Origin: Candidatus Saccharimonadota bacterium
Lineage (GTDB): Bacteria; Patescibacteriota; Saccharimonadia; Saccharimonadales; UBA10212
Assembly (NCBI GenBank): GCA_022841445.1
Contig: JALHRM010000006.1
Location: 1 to 61,336 of the forward strand
DNA length: 61,336 nucleotides
Direction: 5' to 3'
Below, piece after piece: positions 18,529-28,489 of the stretch. The position numbers and the translations under genes are program-made. The number at the start of each line of letters is the position of its first letter. Within the stretch, counting starts at the first letter, position 1. The notes under the pieces were generated by a model, which was not told where the DNA came from, made no database searches, and saw nothing but the letters and a program-made list of their open reading frames with translations.

Positions 18529-21500
18529 TTACCTACCTGTCGTGGTGAAGCTTAACGTGCCGACATACACGTTGGCGTTGCTATTCGCCTTCACATTAAT
18601 CTTGAATATTACAAAGGCATTGGCCGAGTTAGTAGTAAATCCGCAACCAGTCGCTTCGTTACCATTAATACCGACCGTTTGCCAAGTATTAATAGTACTG
18701 GTAACCGTCGTTTCCGTACCGCAGGCACTGATTGATCCGGATTCACTGCGGTACATCTGGTAGGTGACGACACCGTTAGTGGTATTGTCGGTTCGTGCGG
18801 TCAACTGGACAGTATCGTCACTGGCAAATTCCTTGAAGGTGGCAGGTAGCTGATAGGTCACGTAGATACTGTAAGTTTGCTGTGTTGCTTGTGGGCTCGT
18901 CCACTGGTAGTAGTTACGCGCTTCACCGCTGGCACACAACCCAGTATTGACCGACAAGCCGCCACCATTACCACAGAAGTCAGCCGTCATCGTACCAACT
19001 CCCGTACCATTTAGTACAGCGCCGGCAAATTCTGGGTTAAGGTTGGCGATGTTGTCTGGCGCTGAACCGCAAGCTCCCCAGCCATCAGCTTCGTAACATT
19101 GGATGCGCCCGGTTGTTGTGTCGTAGTACATTGAGCCAAGGTACGCATCGTTATTCGCAGCAATCGGCGCAGTTGATGCCCGGTCGAGCGTGAATAACGT
19201 GGTTGGTCCGCCCTTGTTGGCACCACCAATTTGTACATTGTTGGCATTATTTGTGTTCAGAGTGACAGTAAGAGCATCGATATAGATGGAGCGTGTTCCG
19301 CCAGGAGCTGCATTTTGAGTAAATATTAGGTCAGCATTGCTCGGTGCGCTGGAATCGGTCGTAAATAAGCAGGTGATTTTTGTCCATCCAGTCGTTACAA
19401 GAGTCTGTGTATTGTAATCAACACAGGATTCAAGATCAGTACCACCATCACGCGAGTAACGCACCGTTAGATCAGTGATTGAGCCAGTGGCCGTACGACC
19501 ATAGAAGCTTACCAAATATTGGGTACTGACCGCTGGCGTAATAGCCAAGTTGTTTCGGATACCCATGTTAGCATGGTTGCTGGTATCGACTCGGGCTGAG
19601 CCGCTAGAGTCGTAAAGCACAGTCGTATCTCTTGCAGCTGTCGCTGTACCAGCACCACCACCATCACCATCAAAAGCTGTCCAGTTTGTTCCGAAAGCAC
19701 CAGCGTTGTCAACGCTTCCATCTGCCGCATAGGTAGCACTAGCGTTAATATTGACGCTAAGGTTATCTACATAGAACGTACGGGCTGTGGCATCTGTCTG
19801 ACGAATAAGCATGGAATTGCTGCTGGTTATTGTGCCGCTTGCTACAAAGGTACATGCAATTCTAGTCCAGATCCCGCTGGTGACAGTCTGACCAGTTGCA
19901 CAGGTTGTAGTACCAGAAGTTGTGCCATCCGGTGAGTAGAGTACCTGTAGTGTAGTAAAGTTGGCTGCCCCACGAACTGCAACTGACACGGAGTATGTTA
20001 AACCTGATGTCAGTGAAGTACTAATACGGTTTCTGGCACCATGGTTAGTGGTAGTGGTCTGCACACGAACTGAAGCCTGACCGGTAGCTACGTTATCACC
20101 AGTAGTTGTCCAGCGATCTACGGTACCGCCGGTGGTTGTATCCCAAGTATTACTCGGGAAGGTAGATGCACTGCCACCGGCAGTTTCGGCACCACCGTTT
20201 GTGGCAAATTCCGCTGCATTGTTGTTCACACTAAATAAATTACTCCCAATCGAAGTCTGGGCTTCGAGAATACTGCCAATTATCGGGGTTGTGGCGTTGT
20301 TTCGAATAGTCAAACCATCAGCCGCACCACCTGGCGCGTTAAGTACCAGCTCGGCGCCACCTGCACTTGAAATAGTGTTGTTGTAGGCAGACTGAAGGTC
20401 AGTTGAGCTACTTGCACCAGCGGCCGTCCAACCAGTGCCGTTCCAGATGAGTGTGGCTGTACTGTTTTCTTTCATGACAATCGTAATAGAAGTACCGGCA
20501 AGCGAAATCGTAAAGTCGTTGGAGTTATCAACTGCCGCGATATAAAGCAGCCGTCCAACGACCTGGTTGGCAGCTGCCGGTGCTGGTATGGTAACGGTCA
20601 GGCTGGCTGCCGTCGCATTAACTGGGATTGTGCTGTACTGATCAACTAATCCGGCCGTTAGGCTCCCATTACTACCGAATGCCTGGGTTGACGCAGAAGT
20701 AAATGCTGACGTAGACAGGTTGACTAACCCTTGCACACCACTGCCTGTTCCAGTACCACCTTGTATTATTACGTTACCGCCATTTTGGTTAGTGCCTTGG
20801 CCGTCTCCACCCGATACCGTCAGTACGCCACCAGCACCTGCATTGCCCTGGCCCGCCTTAACAGTCAGGCCTCGTCCGGCACCAGCAGAAGTATTTTGAA
20901 GCACCTGCACCATTCGGTTAGCATCGCCGCCGAACTGGATATCGCCGTTAAATGTTGCTGTTCCACCTACACCAAGCGTGCCGTTAATCTGGACAGTCCT
21001 GCCAACATTCAACGATCCGCCAACATAGGCATTGTTACGAACATTTGCGTCTTGTGTATCAATGGTACTGGCTTTGATACCACCAGCTTCAAGTTGTTGT
21101 ATATACGCGCCGCCAATATCAAATACCTGGAATTGGTCATTATTATATATAGGTACATAAGCATAGCGACCATTTACCGCCAAGTGATATGGGCTGTTAC
21201 CTGTTGTCACGCTGTTAAGTGCTACTGGGGCTGCTGGGTTCGACAGGTCGTAAGTCATGAGTTTACTTGTAGCACCTTGGTTACTAACTCCGTACATAAA
21301 CCTGCCTTGTACGTGGAGTTCTTCGATGTCAGCATCGCTAAAGAAGGTCGTCACATCAACCGGATCAGCCGGATTAGAAACATCCAAAACATTAATGTCG
21401 TCATCTGTATCACTTACATAGACATACTTGCCGTATTTGGCGATAGCCAGACCGGCCAATCCGGTTTGTAATGTTTCGGTGTACGTGACTGGGCTGGCGG

Positions 21501-24500
21501 GGTTGCTGACATCTACCACTCGTAAGTTGGCTGCAGCCGCGAGGTAGACGTAGTTGCCTTCAATGTACGCTTTACGTGGACTGTTTAAGCTTGATGCTGT
21601 GCCAAGCAACCTTGGGCTGGCGGGGTTGCTGATGTCAAATATCTGCAGTGAATCACCTGACGCTCCATCGTTAACTACGTAAAGGTAGTTACCGCGAGCC
21701 TCAAGCCACAACGGGTAGTCGTTTGTGGAAACGCTTGTCACGGCTGTTGGTACTGCTGGGTTCGTAACATTCACTACGGCAACTTGGTCAGTGGCGCTCA
21801 TTGCTAAGTAGGCGTAGCCGCCAGAAACAGTAATTGCTTCCGGACTGGTGCCAAGCGCACTAAAGTCCGTACTGCTTACAACCGTAGGACTAGCGGGATT
21901 GCTGATGTCAATGATATCCAGGTCAGATTCATCGTAACTAGCGACGTAGGCATAGTTACCAACCACATCAATATCGTCACCACCAAGACTCAGAGAACCA
22001 CCTGATAGAGTCGTCAGTGCTACACTTGGCGTGCTGCCACTCACGTACAGCTGCGCAGTTTCCGTACCGTATGTTCCAATGTTAACCCGGCCGTTGGTTG
22101 TATCAACATCGAGCAGGCTTGTTCCCGCCGCATTTTGAACAGATAGTGCCGATGTTGAGTTGTTAGCATTTCGTAGTGTGACCATACCATCGACCGACAG
22201 ATTACTCCTAAAGCTTGCCACTCCTTGCACACCAAGCGTACCAATAATCTGTGTATTGCCGGCTGTTAGGGTTCCGCCTGTTCCGCCTTCGGCTAAGTTC
22301 TCACCGGAAAGACCAACGAGGTCTAGTCCACCGCCTATGGTAACTCTTGGAGTAGATACATAGTGGACTTCGTTATCACTTGCACCCATGCCAAGAGCGT
22401 ATAAGTACCCATTGGTTGTGAAGAAGCCAATGTCGCTTTCTGTGGTAGTCATTAGAGTAGTGTTAGTAGCCCAAGCTCCTGTACTTCCGTCACTGTTAAG
22501 TTGAGCATAGAAAACTTCGTCTTGAGAGCTTGTTCCGTCAGTACCGCCCCAGTAGTAGAGATAGCCATTGGCTACGCCTGCTCCACCCCACGCGCGCCCT
22601 GAAGGCAACAAGTCAGCCTCTTCTGTCCATGTACCAATTGTTCCATCAGAGTTAAGCCTAGCGTAGAAGACTTCTGTCTCATCAGGTGAGGCACCCTCTT
22701 GTCCGCCAATGGCGTAGAGGTAACCATTCGCTGCAACCGCTCTTGTCGCCCGGGCAACTTTAGCTGTTGGGAATACATTGCCGCTTACTGTCCAAGAACC
22801 AAGTGTTCCGTCAGCGTTTTGCTTGGCATAAACAGTGGATCCTATTGCAGATGATGTATCACTACCAGCCACTAGGTATATATAGCCATTGTAGGCAACC
22901 GTACCTGAAGTGGAACGTCCCGTTGGCAGTGCAGTTGTAGTGTTCCAAGAACCAATCGTTCCATCACTATTTATCTTGGCGTAGTTAGCAGTAGTTACAC
23001 CAGTTGTAGCTGTATCATCAGTGCTGTTACCGCCAATAGCATAGAGGTAGCCATTCATAGCTACAGTTGAGATGTCTTCTCTAGCTACAGACAATGCAGT
23101 TGTACTAGTGAATGAGCCTAGGGATCCGTTGGCATTAACTCTGGCATAAAGCACGCTGGTTGTAAGTGAACCAGTGTCACCACCAACAATATATGCATAG
23201 CCATTGGCGTAAGTAACAGAACCTTGGTTGTAGCCTGAAGGTAGGTTATTGCTGTTGGTAGTCCATGAGCCTACTTCCCCTCCATTGTTCCCAAGCACGG
23301 TAATGTTGCCTGCATTGGTGGAATCAATATTGAATAGTGAAGCACCGGCAGCGTTTTGGACTTGGAAGGCAGCGGTGGAGTTAGTTTGATTACGGAAGGT
23401 TGCAGCTCCACCATCGGCAATGGTCAGTACGTCTGTTGCCGTAGCGGTCGTGTCTCGTACTCGAAGTAGGTTGCCTGTGCCAGCAGACTGGATGTCGAGG
23501 CCACCGACTGCACCTGTAGCAAGTTGGTCAATGGTGACTACGTAACCAGTACCATTAGTACCGCCTGAGCTTGGGTTGCGGAAGATAAGCGAGTCATCGT
23601 CAGCGGTCAGTGAGATGACTGAGTCACTGCCATCAGTGTCATTATTGTATGCATCCTGCAGCGAGGTGAAGCCATCTAAACAGTCTCCCCAGGCACTATT
23701 CTCATAACAGCGGAACTTGTTAAGGTTGCTGTTGTAGTACATACCCCCATTAACGCCAGTTGGGTCAGTACCGTCTGTTTTTGTATCAAGTACTAGGATT
23801 GTGCCGATTGTATCACCGGTTGTATCACCAACGTAAACTCGGTTGTTAGATGTATCGACAGAGAATAATTCGTTGGTGCCAGCAGCATTCTGAATCTGGA
23901 AAGCGGTTGCTGAGTTAGTTGAATTAACTAAAGTTACCGCACCAGTACCTGATACACTCGCAACGGTAGTTGCACCGGAGTTGTAAAGATTCAGGATATT
24001 TGTTCCATCAGCGTTAGTACCCAAATTAGTCCAGGCAGATGTTCCGGTTGTTCTTACTTGCAGGCCGGCTGCACCGCTCAATTCGATAAGTTCATCCCCG
24101 GTATCGCCGTATATCTTAAGCCCTTGCTGGCTACCGGTATCGACGGTTAGTCTTGCTGAACCATCAGCCTGCTGAATCTGAAAGGCGGTTGAAGAATCGG
24201 CCTGATTTCTGAAAATTGGGCTGTCCTGACCAGCATCTACCGTTACGAAAATGCTAACCGTGCCAGTTCCTGAGGCGAGGGCGGTCAAAGCTCGGCCAAT
24301 TATTCCAGTTGTAGCATTATTGTCTTTAATTACACGTCCTGTAGTGGTTGACGTTACAAGCTGATCACCTATTGCTATTGCACTTGCCCCACCACCTCCA
24401 GCGTCAGCATTAACCGTTGTGTTGCCAAACACAACCACATTCATAGTTCCACCAGATGCTGTTGTGCCTGACGATGCATTTATACCGTAAACTCTAGGAT

Positions 24501-25485
24501 TTCTGGCAGTAGTAGTCGTGCTAGCCGTGTATCCAGATGCATCGAGCACCAAGACATCATTTTGATCAGCGCCGGTCGTACCCGCTATTGTGTACTTATT
24601 GAACGCACCGCTATTTGTAGTAGTACTCGTAAACCTAAAATTACCTGCAGTCGCGATCGTTCCAGTCACTTCTAGCCCACCGGCGCCAACATTGGCTGCA
24701 GTATTGTTCCCGATTGCTACTTTCTGATTAGTTGTATCAACTGTGAGTACTTTAGTCGCACCCGATTCTAGAACCTGAAAACCAGCCGCAGAGTTAATAG
24801 AGTTCTGGAAGGTCGTTGCTCCACCAACTGCTATGGTTGCTTGGGTAACATTATTAGTTTCAAAGGTTAATGAGTTGCTGTCGTTAGTACCAAGTACTGC
24901 TGTTGCAGCGAATGTATTGCCACCCTGTACAAAGGCAGCACCTGCACCAGTGGTGTTACAGGTGGATATGATGTTGCTAGTGTTTCTACATAGGTAAGTA
25001 GCACTGTCAGCAGTACCCAGTGTAGTTATTGCTACTCCACCAGCTGACTGTAGTGTGGTGAGACCAGCAATAGTAGAACCAATAGTTACGTTAGTAGTAG
25101 AACCAGCGGTGCCGCTGTTTCCTATATTAATAGTCTGGGTGTTACCGTTACCGGCTGCTCCACCTATTGAGATGGTGTTGGTGGCGGTGGAGCGCCCAAG
25201 TGTCATAGTACCGGTTTGAGCAGTACCACCGAGGGCAATTGTACCGGTGGTAGTAGCAGCTGCCAGATCATAGGTAGTTGCTGCTACGCCGTTAAGACTA
25301 AAGTTGCCTGTGCCAGCTTGCAGATTCAAAGCTGTTGCACCCGTTGTGTTTCCTATGTTAATGGTCTGAGCTACTGCGTTATTACCGACATTAAGTGCAC
25401 CGGTGCCCTGAGTCGTAATATTAAGTCCGCCTGTTCCAGCCTGGACAGTGGTAGCGCTGGTTGTGTTAGTAGAACCAACGTTCAC
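18529..25485 (-). CDS. Giant surface protein, distal 2318 aa; probably the 3' part of one gene with 25548..27917 (frame-disrupted)
   Basis: The track start is an internal GTG with no Shine-Dalgarno. The frame stays open a further ~130 nt upstream and encodes the same repeat style. Content includes recurrent FQIQN...VDT.N motifs, Kelch-like units (GYLYAIGGNS, GYIYLVAGSD) and seven LVIVD-type units (GNYAYVASYDESDLDIIDISNPASP ...). Two CBM4/9-like jelly rolls each end in FYVDNLSV or IYIDALTV, and the tail is Cys-containing. Confidence 0.85.
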   Translation of the reverse strand: MNVGSTNTTSATTVQAGTGGLNITTQGTGALNVGNNAVAQTINIGNTTGATALNLQAGTGNFSLNGVAATTYDLAAATTTGTIALGGTAQTGTMTLGRSTATNTISIGGAAGNGNTQTINIGNSGTAGSTTNVTIGSTIAGLTTLQSAGGVAITTLGTADSATYLCRNTSNIISTCNTTGAGAAFVQGGNTFAATAVLGTNDSNSLTFETNNVTQATIAVGGATTFQNSINSAAGFQVLESGATKVLTVDTTNQKVAIGNNTAANVGAGGLEVTGTIATAGNFRFTSTTTNSGAFNKYTIAGTTGADQNDVLVLDASGYTASTTTTARNPRVYGINASSGTTASGGTMNVVVFGNTTVNADAGGGGASAIAIGDQLVTSTTTGRVIKDNNATTGIIGRALTALASGTGTVSIFVTVDAGQDSPIFRNQADSSTAFQIQQADGSARLTVDTGSQQGLKIYGDTGDELIELSGAAGLQVRTTGTSAWTNLGTNADGTNILNLYNSGATTVASVSGTGAVTLVNSTNSATAFQIQNAAGTNELFSVDTSNNRVYVGDTTGDTIGTILVLDTKTDGTDPTGVNGGMYYNSNLNKFRCYENSAWGDCLDGFTSLQDAYNNDTDGSDSVISLTADDDSLIFRNPSSGGTNGTGYVVTIDQLATGAVGGLDIQSAGTGNLLRVRDTTATATDVLTIADGGAATFRNQTNSTAAFQVQNAAGASLFNIDSTNAGNITVLGNNGGEVGSWTTNSNNLPSGYNQGSVTYANGYAYIVGGDTGSLTTSVLYARVNANGSLGSFTSTTALSVAREDISTVAMNGYLYAIGGNSTDDTATTGVTTANYAKINSDGTIGSWNTTTALPTGRSTSGTVAYNGYIYLVAGSDTSSAIGSTVYAKQNADGTLGSWTVSGNVFPTAKVARATRAVAANGYLYAIGGQEGASPDETEVFYARLNSDGTIGTWTEEADLLPSGRAWGGAGVANGYLYYWGGTDGTSSQDEVFYAQLNSDGSTGAWATNTTLMTTTESDIGFFTTNGYLYALGMGASDNEVHYVSTPRVTIGGGLDLVGLSGENLAEGGTGGTLTAGNTQIIGTLGVQGVASFRSNLSVDGMVTLRNANNSTSALSVQNAAGTSLLDVDTTNGRVNIGTYGTETAQLYVSGSTPSVALTTLSGGSLSLGGDDIDVVGNYAYVASYDESDLDIIDISNPASPTVVSSTDFSALGTSPEAITVSGGYAYLAMSATDQVAVVNVTNPAVPTAVTSVSTNDYPLWLEARGNYLYVVNDGASGDSLQIFDISNPASPRLLGTASSLNSPRKAYIEGNYVYLAAAANLRVVDVSNPASPVTYTETLQTGLAGLAIAKYGKYVYVSDTDDDINVLDVSNPADPVDVTTFFSDADIEELHVQGRFMYGVSNQGATSKLMTYDLSNPAAPVALNSVTTGNSPYHLAVNGRYAYVPIYNNDQFQVFDIGGAYIQQLEAGGIKASTIDTQDANVRNNAYVGGSLNVGRTVQINGTLGVGGTATFNGDIQFGGDANRMVQVLQNTSAGAGRGLTVKAGQGNAGAGGVLTVSGGDGQGTNQNGGNVIIQGGTGTGSGVQGLVNLSTSAFTSASTQAFGSNGSLTAGLVDQYSTIPVNATAASLTVTIPAPAAANQVVGRLLYIAAVDNSNDFTISLAGTSITIVMKENSTATLIWNGTGWTAAGASSSTDLQSAYNNTISSAGGAELVLNAPGGAADGLTIRNNATTPIIGSILEAQTSIGSNLFSVNNNAAEFATNGGAETAGGSASTFPSNTWDTTTGGTVDRWTTTGDNVATGQASVRVQTTTTNHGARNRISTSLTSGLTYSVSVAVRGAANFTTLQVLYSPDGTTSGTTTCATGQTVTSGIWTRIACTFVASGTITSSNSMLIRQTDATARTFYVDNLSVNINASATYAADGSVDNAGAFGTNWTAFDGDGGGAGTATAARDTTVLYDSSGSARVDTSNHANMGIRNNLAITPAVSTQYLVSFYGRTATGSITDLTVRYSRDGGTDLESCVDYNTQTLVTTGWTKITCLFTTDSSAPSNADLIFTQNAAPGGTRSIYIDALTVTLNTNNANNVQIGGANKGGPTTLFTLDRASTAPIAANNDAYLGSMYYDTTTGRIQCYEADGWGACGSAPDNIANLNPEFAGAVLNGTGVGTMTADFCGNGGGLSVNTGLCASGEARNYYQWTSPQATQQTYSIYVTYQLPATFKEFASDDTVQLTARTDNTTNGVVTYQMYRSESGSISACGTETTVTSTINTWQTVGINGNEATGCGFTTNSANAFVIFKINVKANSNANVYVGTLSFTTTGR

Positions 25486-25547
25486 AGTTTGCGCAGCAGC
25501 ACCAGTACCAACATTGGTCGTTCGGGCTTGGGCGGTTGTACCAATGT

Positions 25548-27917
25548 CTATGTTGCCAGTACCTGAGTTAATAGTCGTAGAACTCGTACTAGCAGTGAAC
25601 CAAGAGTTGTCGTCTTCGCACCGGTGCCACCAGTAGCGAGGTTAATGGTCTGAGCTCCTGTACCTGTACCCAGGGCAATGGTTCCTGTTTGGGCGCCGGT
25701 GCCACCAATAGTGATGGTGCCGGTGGTAAAGGCAGCACCTATGTTAACAGCCCCGGCCGTGTTGGCGTTAGCAATGTTCACAGTTGTAGCACCAGTACCA
25801 TTACCTATTAATACCGAGTTAGTGCCTGATGAGCTACCCAAAGTTATGTTGCCTGTCTGGGCGGTACCACCGATTGCAATGGTGCCGGTTGTTAGATTAG
25901 AGCCAATCGTGTAAGTAGCCCCTACTGTACCCTGCAGAGTAATAGCTGCCGTATTAGTGGTGTTGCCTATGTCGACGCCGGTAGCAGTCGTACCGCCCAG
26001 GGCTACAGCACCTGTTATGGAGTCAAACAGCGGTGCCGTAAAGCTGGTGTTCGCTCGACCAGTGCCACTAATTCTAAAGTCAGCGGTTTGGTCGGATGCG
26101 TTTTGGTTGAGGATCGAATTGGCACTGGCACCAGTACCGGCTATCTGCCAAGATGCTCCACCGTTCGTATTACTCCAAACAACCGTAATGGCTGTGCCGG
26201 GACTAACTACAGTGCCCAGCATTGTGAAGCTAGTAGTCCCTATGCTGGATATATATAAGAGTCGTCCGTAATTGGTGCTGGCAGTTGGGGTTGGGAGAGT
26301 AATGGTTTGACTGGCTGTCGTTTGAGCAATGGAGATAGAGGTGTAGACATCAACTGACGCTGAGGCAGCAAGACCACCTCCGAGCGCCCCACCATTTGCA
26401 TCATCCGTGACTGCCAGTGTGGTATTAAATGTCGCACCATTATTTGTAAACACTCCGGAGCCAGCAGCGTTACCTAGCGTGGTATTAGCATTCCGTACGG
26501 TTAGAGTGCCGGTAGTTGCACCTAGACCAATACTAGTCGCAGCCTGCAGGGCTGTAACGGTACTAGCATTAGTGTTAAAGAGTGCGAGTGTTGTGGCCGT
26601 TGTCGAGACGGTAGGACTGTTAATATTTGTCGTTGCCGAGTTGATCGTAGTCGAACCAGCGTTAACATTGTTACCGATAGTGACATTAGTAACACCGGTT
26701 CCAGTTGGGGTGCCTGCTCCAATGTTTATAGTTTGGGTATTGCCGTTTGATGTATTACCAGATCCTATTGCAATGGTGTTGGTAGCGGTAGATTGGCCGA
26801 GGGTGATAGTGCCAGTGCCAGCGGTAGAGCCAAGGGTAAGCCCGCCGTTAGTAGTGTCAGCAACAAACTGTGCAACACCGGAAGCATTTTGTATTTGGAA
26901 GGCGGTGGTTGAGTTAGTGCTGTTTTGGAACAGTGCTGCGCCGGTACTGCTGAGGCTGGCGACTAACGTGTTGTTAGTTTCGAACTCGAGACCAAATCCA
27001 TCATTACTGCCAATACGAACTGCCGCCCCAAACGTGTTGCCACCCTGCAAAATATCACCTGTACCACTACAACTTCCCCAAGACGGAGCCGAACCTGTCG
27101 TTGCCCGGAAACATTCGCCCGATGATCCTGCTGCAGTAGTGACGACATTACCCGATGCATCACGGTAATAAACACCGTTGTTCGTGCCACCCGCTATACT
27201 CACTGCACCCTGCAACAATGTCGTGATACCACTCCGACCAATAGTGATTCCAGATTGATTAGCCGTGCCGATGCTGATAGTCCCAGCGGTCTGCGTCGCC
27301 GTACCGACATCGATGCTGATATTACCTGAGTTACTCGTTGCACCGGCTGCATTACCAGAAGTTATCGACACATTTGCGGAATTAGTACTTGCGGCATTGG
27401 TGTTGTTACTGGCGACATTGAGCGCCACACCCGCCTTGAAGGCGTATGGCACGGCGGTCAGTTTGGTTCGGGGCGACATCTCGCCGTCATAAGTCGGTGT
27501 TGCGGTTTGAGTCGCGCCGCCAATGTTCATCGTCAGCCATAGCTCTTGATCCCAGTCGATTGTGCCCGGGAAACTGGTCAACGATCCAAGGTAGGCGCTG
27601 AAGTAACCATTCACTACCCGCAGTCGATTGTCCTGTCCAGCAGTCACGCCGTTGGCGTCGTAGTACGTCTCCGTCCAGAGCGCAGAACCACCAGACGAAG
27701 CACCGTAGAGCTTGAACTCTACATTGTAGTAGCCATCAGGTACGATTGCCCCGCTACTACTGAGGAGACGGGCTTGAAAATTGAGCGTTGAGCTCGTTGC
27801 TGCTTGTACCGGTTTGCCAGAAGTAGCAATAACGACAAATAGCAGCATCAGTGATGCTGCTATTAGCAGGCGAATACATAGCCCTACTGAACCGTTGCGA
27901 GCCGGTTGTTTGGTCAT
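25548..27917 (-). CDS. Giant surface protein, proximal 789 aa with signal/anchor; probable 5' part of the gene continuing in 18529..25485
   Basis: N-terminus MTKQPARNGSVGLCIRLLIAASLMLLFVVIATSGKPVQA. It is followed by LNFQARLLSSSGAIVPDGYYNVEFKLYGASSGGSALWTETY...EMSPRTKLTAVPYAFKAG, an N-domain pattern I recall from many large CPR surface proteins. The last ~15 codons (LLVRVLRLLTQVLAT*) break the T/G/A/N repeat style, which is what an out-of-frame tail looks like. Confidence 0.85.
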   Translation of the reverse strand: MTKQPARNGSVGLCIRLLIAASLMLLFVVIATSGKPVQAATSSTLNFQARLLSSSGAIVPDGYYNVEFKLYGASSGGSALWTETYYDANGVTAGQDNRLRVVNGYFSAYLGSLTSFPGTIDWDQELWLTMNIGGATQTATPTYDGEMSPRTKLTAVPYAFKAGVALNVASNNTNAASTNSANVSITSGNAAGATSNSGNISIDVGTATQTAGTISIGTANQSGITIGRSGITTLLQGAVSIAGGTNNGVYYRDASGNVVTTAAGSSGECFRATTGSAPSWGSCSGTGDILQGGNTFGAAVRIGSNDGFGLEFETNNTLVASLSSTGAALFQNSTNSTTAFQIQNASGVAQFVADTTNGGLTLGSTAGTGTITLGQSTATNTIAIGSGNTSNGNTQTINIGAGTPTGTGVTNVTIGNNVNAGSTTINSATTNINSPTVSTTATTLALFNTNASTVTALQAATSIGLGATTGTLTVRNANTTLGNAAGSGVFTNNGATFNTTLAVTDDANGGALGGGLAASASVDVYTSISIAQTTASQTITLPTPTASTNYGRLLYISSIGTTSFTMLGTVVSPGTAITVVWSNTNGGASWQIAGTGASANSILNQNASDQTADFRISGTGRANTSFTAPLFDSITGAVALGGTTATGVDIGNTTNTAAITLQGTVGATYTIGSNLTTGTIAIGGTAQTGNITLGSSSGTNSVLIGNGTGATTVNIANANTAGAVNIGAAFTTGTITIGGTGAQTGTIALGTGTGAQTINLATGGTGAKTTTLGSLLVRVLRLLTQVLAT

Positions 27918-28130
27918 AAATTTAAATTGTTTGTATGTGTTTCTGCTGTTCTACTATTTTTGTGTCACAAAACAGCTGTTTACAGATTACACTCGTGCTT
28001 ACTTCGGTGTCAATCTGTTTATGCTTCACTTGTACATGCTAGACCGATTGCTGTGGATAAACTACCCTGTTAGTCTAGATTTAGTATTTTTTACACACAA
28101 GTAATTAAACTGTTAAAATGCATTTTTTAT

Positions 28131-28160
28131 GTAAAAAACACTACAAATTATAGTGTTTTT
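28131..28160 (-). terminator. Rho-independent terminator after rplU (hairpin is symmetric, could act bidirectionally)
   Basis: Minus-strand RNA reads AAAAACACUA-UAAUUUG-UAGUGUUUUUUAC. The ACACUA/UAGUGU stem is extended by A-U pairs and followed by a U6 run, 18 nt downstream of the rplU stop. Confidence 0.7.
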
Positions 28161-28177
28161 AAGATATTTGCCCGAAT

Positions 28178-28489
28178 TTAGGCAATTTTGCTGATTTTGA
28201 GTGTCGTGTGGCGTTGACGATGGCCGCGTACTTTGTGTACGCGTTTCTTAGCTTTGTAGCGAATAGCCATAACCTTTTCGCCTTTTTCATCAGCTTCTAC
28301 AACATCAGCGGTGACCTTAATGCCACTTACCAGCGGAGTGCCTACTGTTGTTTTATCACCGTCCATAACCAAAAGTGCTTCGAAGCTAGCTGTCTTGCCG
28401 GCATCTTTGATCAGATCAACTTCGATTGTTTCGCCTTCGGTAACGACATACTGCTTGCCACCGGTGAGTATTACTGCTTTTTTCGTCAT
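28178..28489 (-). CDS. rplU: 50S ribosomal protein L21
   Basis: MTKKAVILTGGKQYVVTEGETIEVD...AIRYKAKKRVHKVRGHRQRHTTLKISKI is the characteristic L21 pattern (GGKQY, RxKxxKRxxxRxGHRQ), and the protein is 103 aa. Confidence 0.9.
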   Translation of the reverse strand: MTKKAVILTGGKQYVVTEGETIEVDLIKDAGKTASFEALLVMDGDKTTVGTPLVSGIKVTADVVEADEKGEKVMAIRYKAKKRVHKVRGHRQRHTTLKISKIA

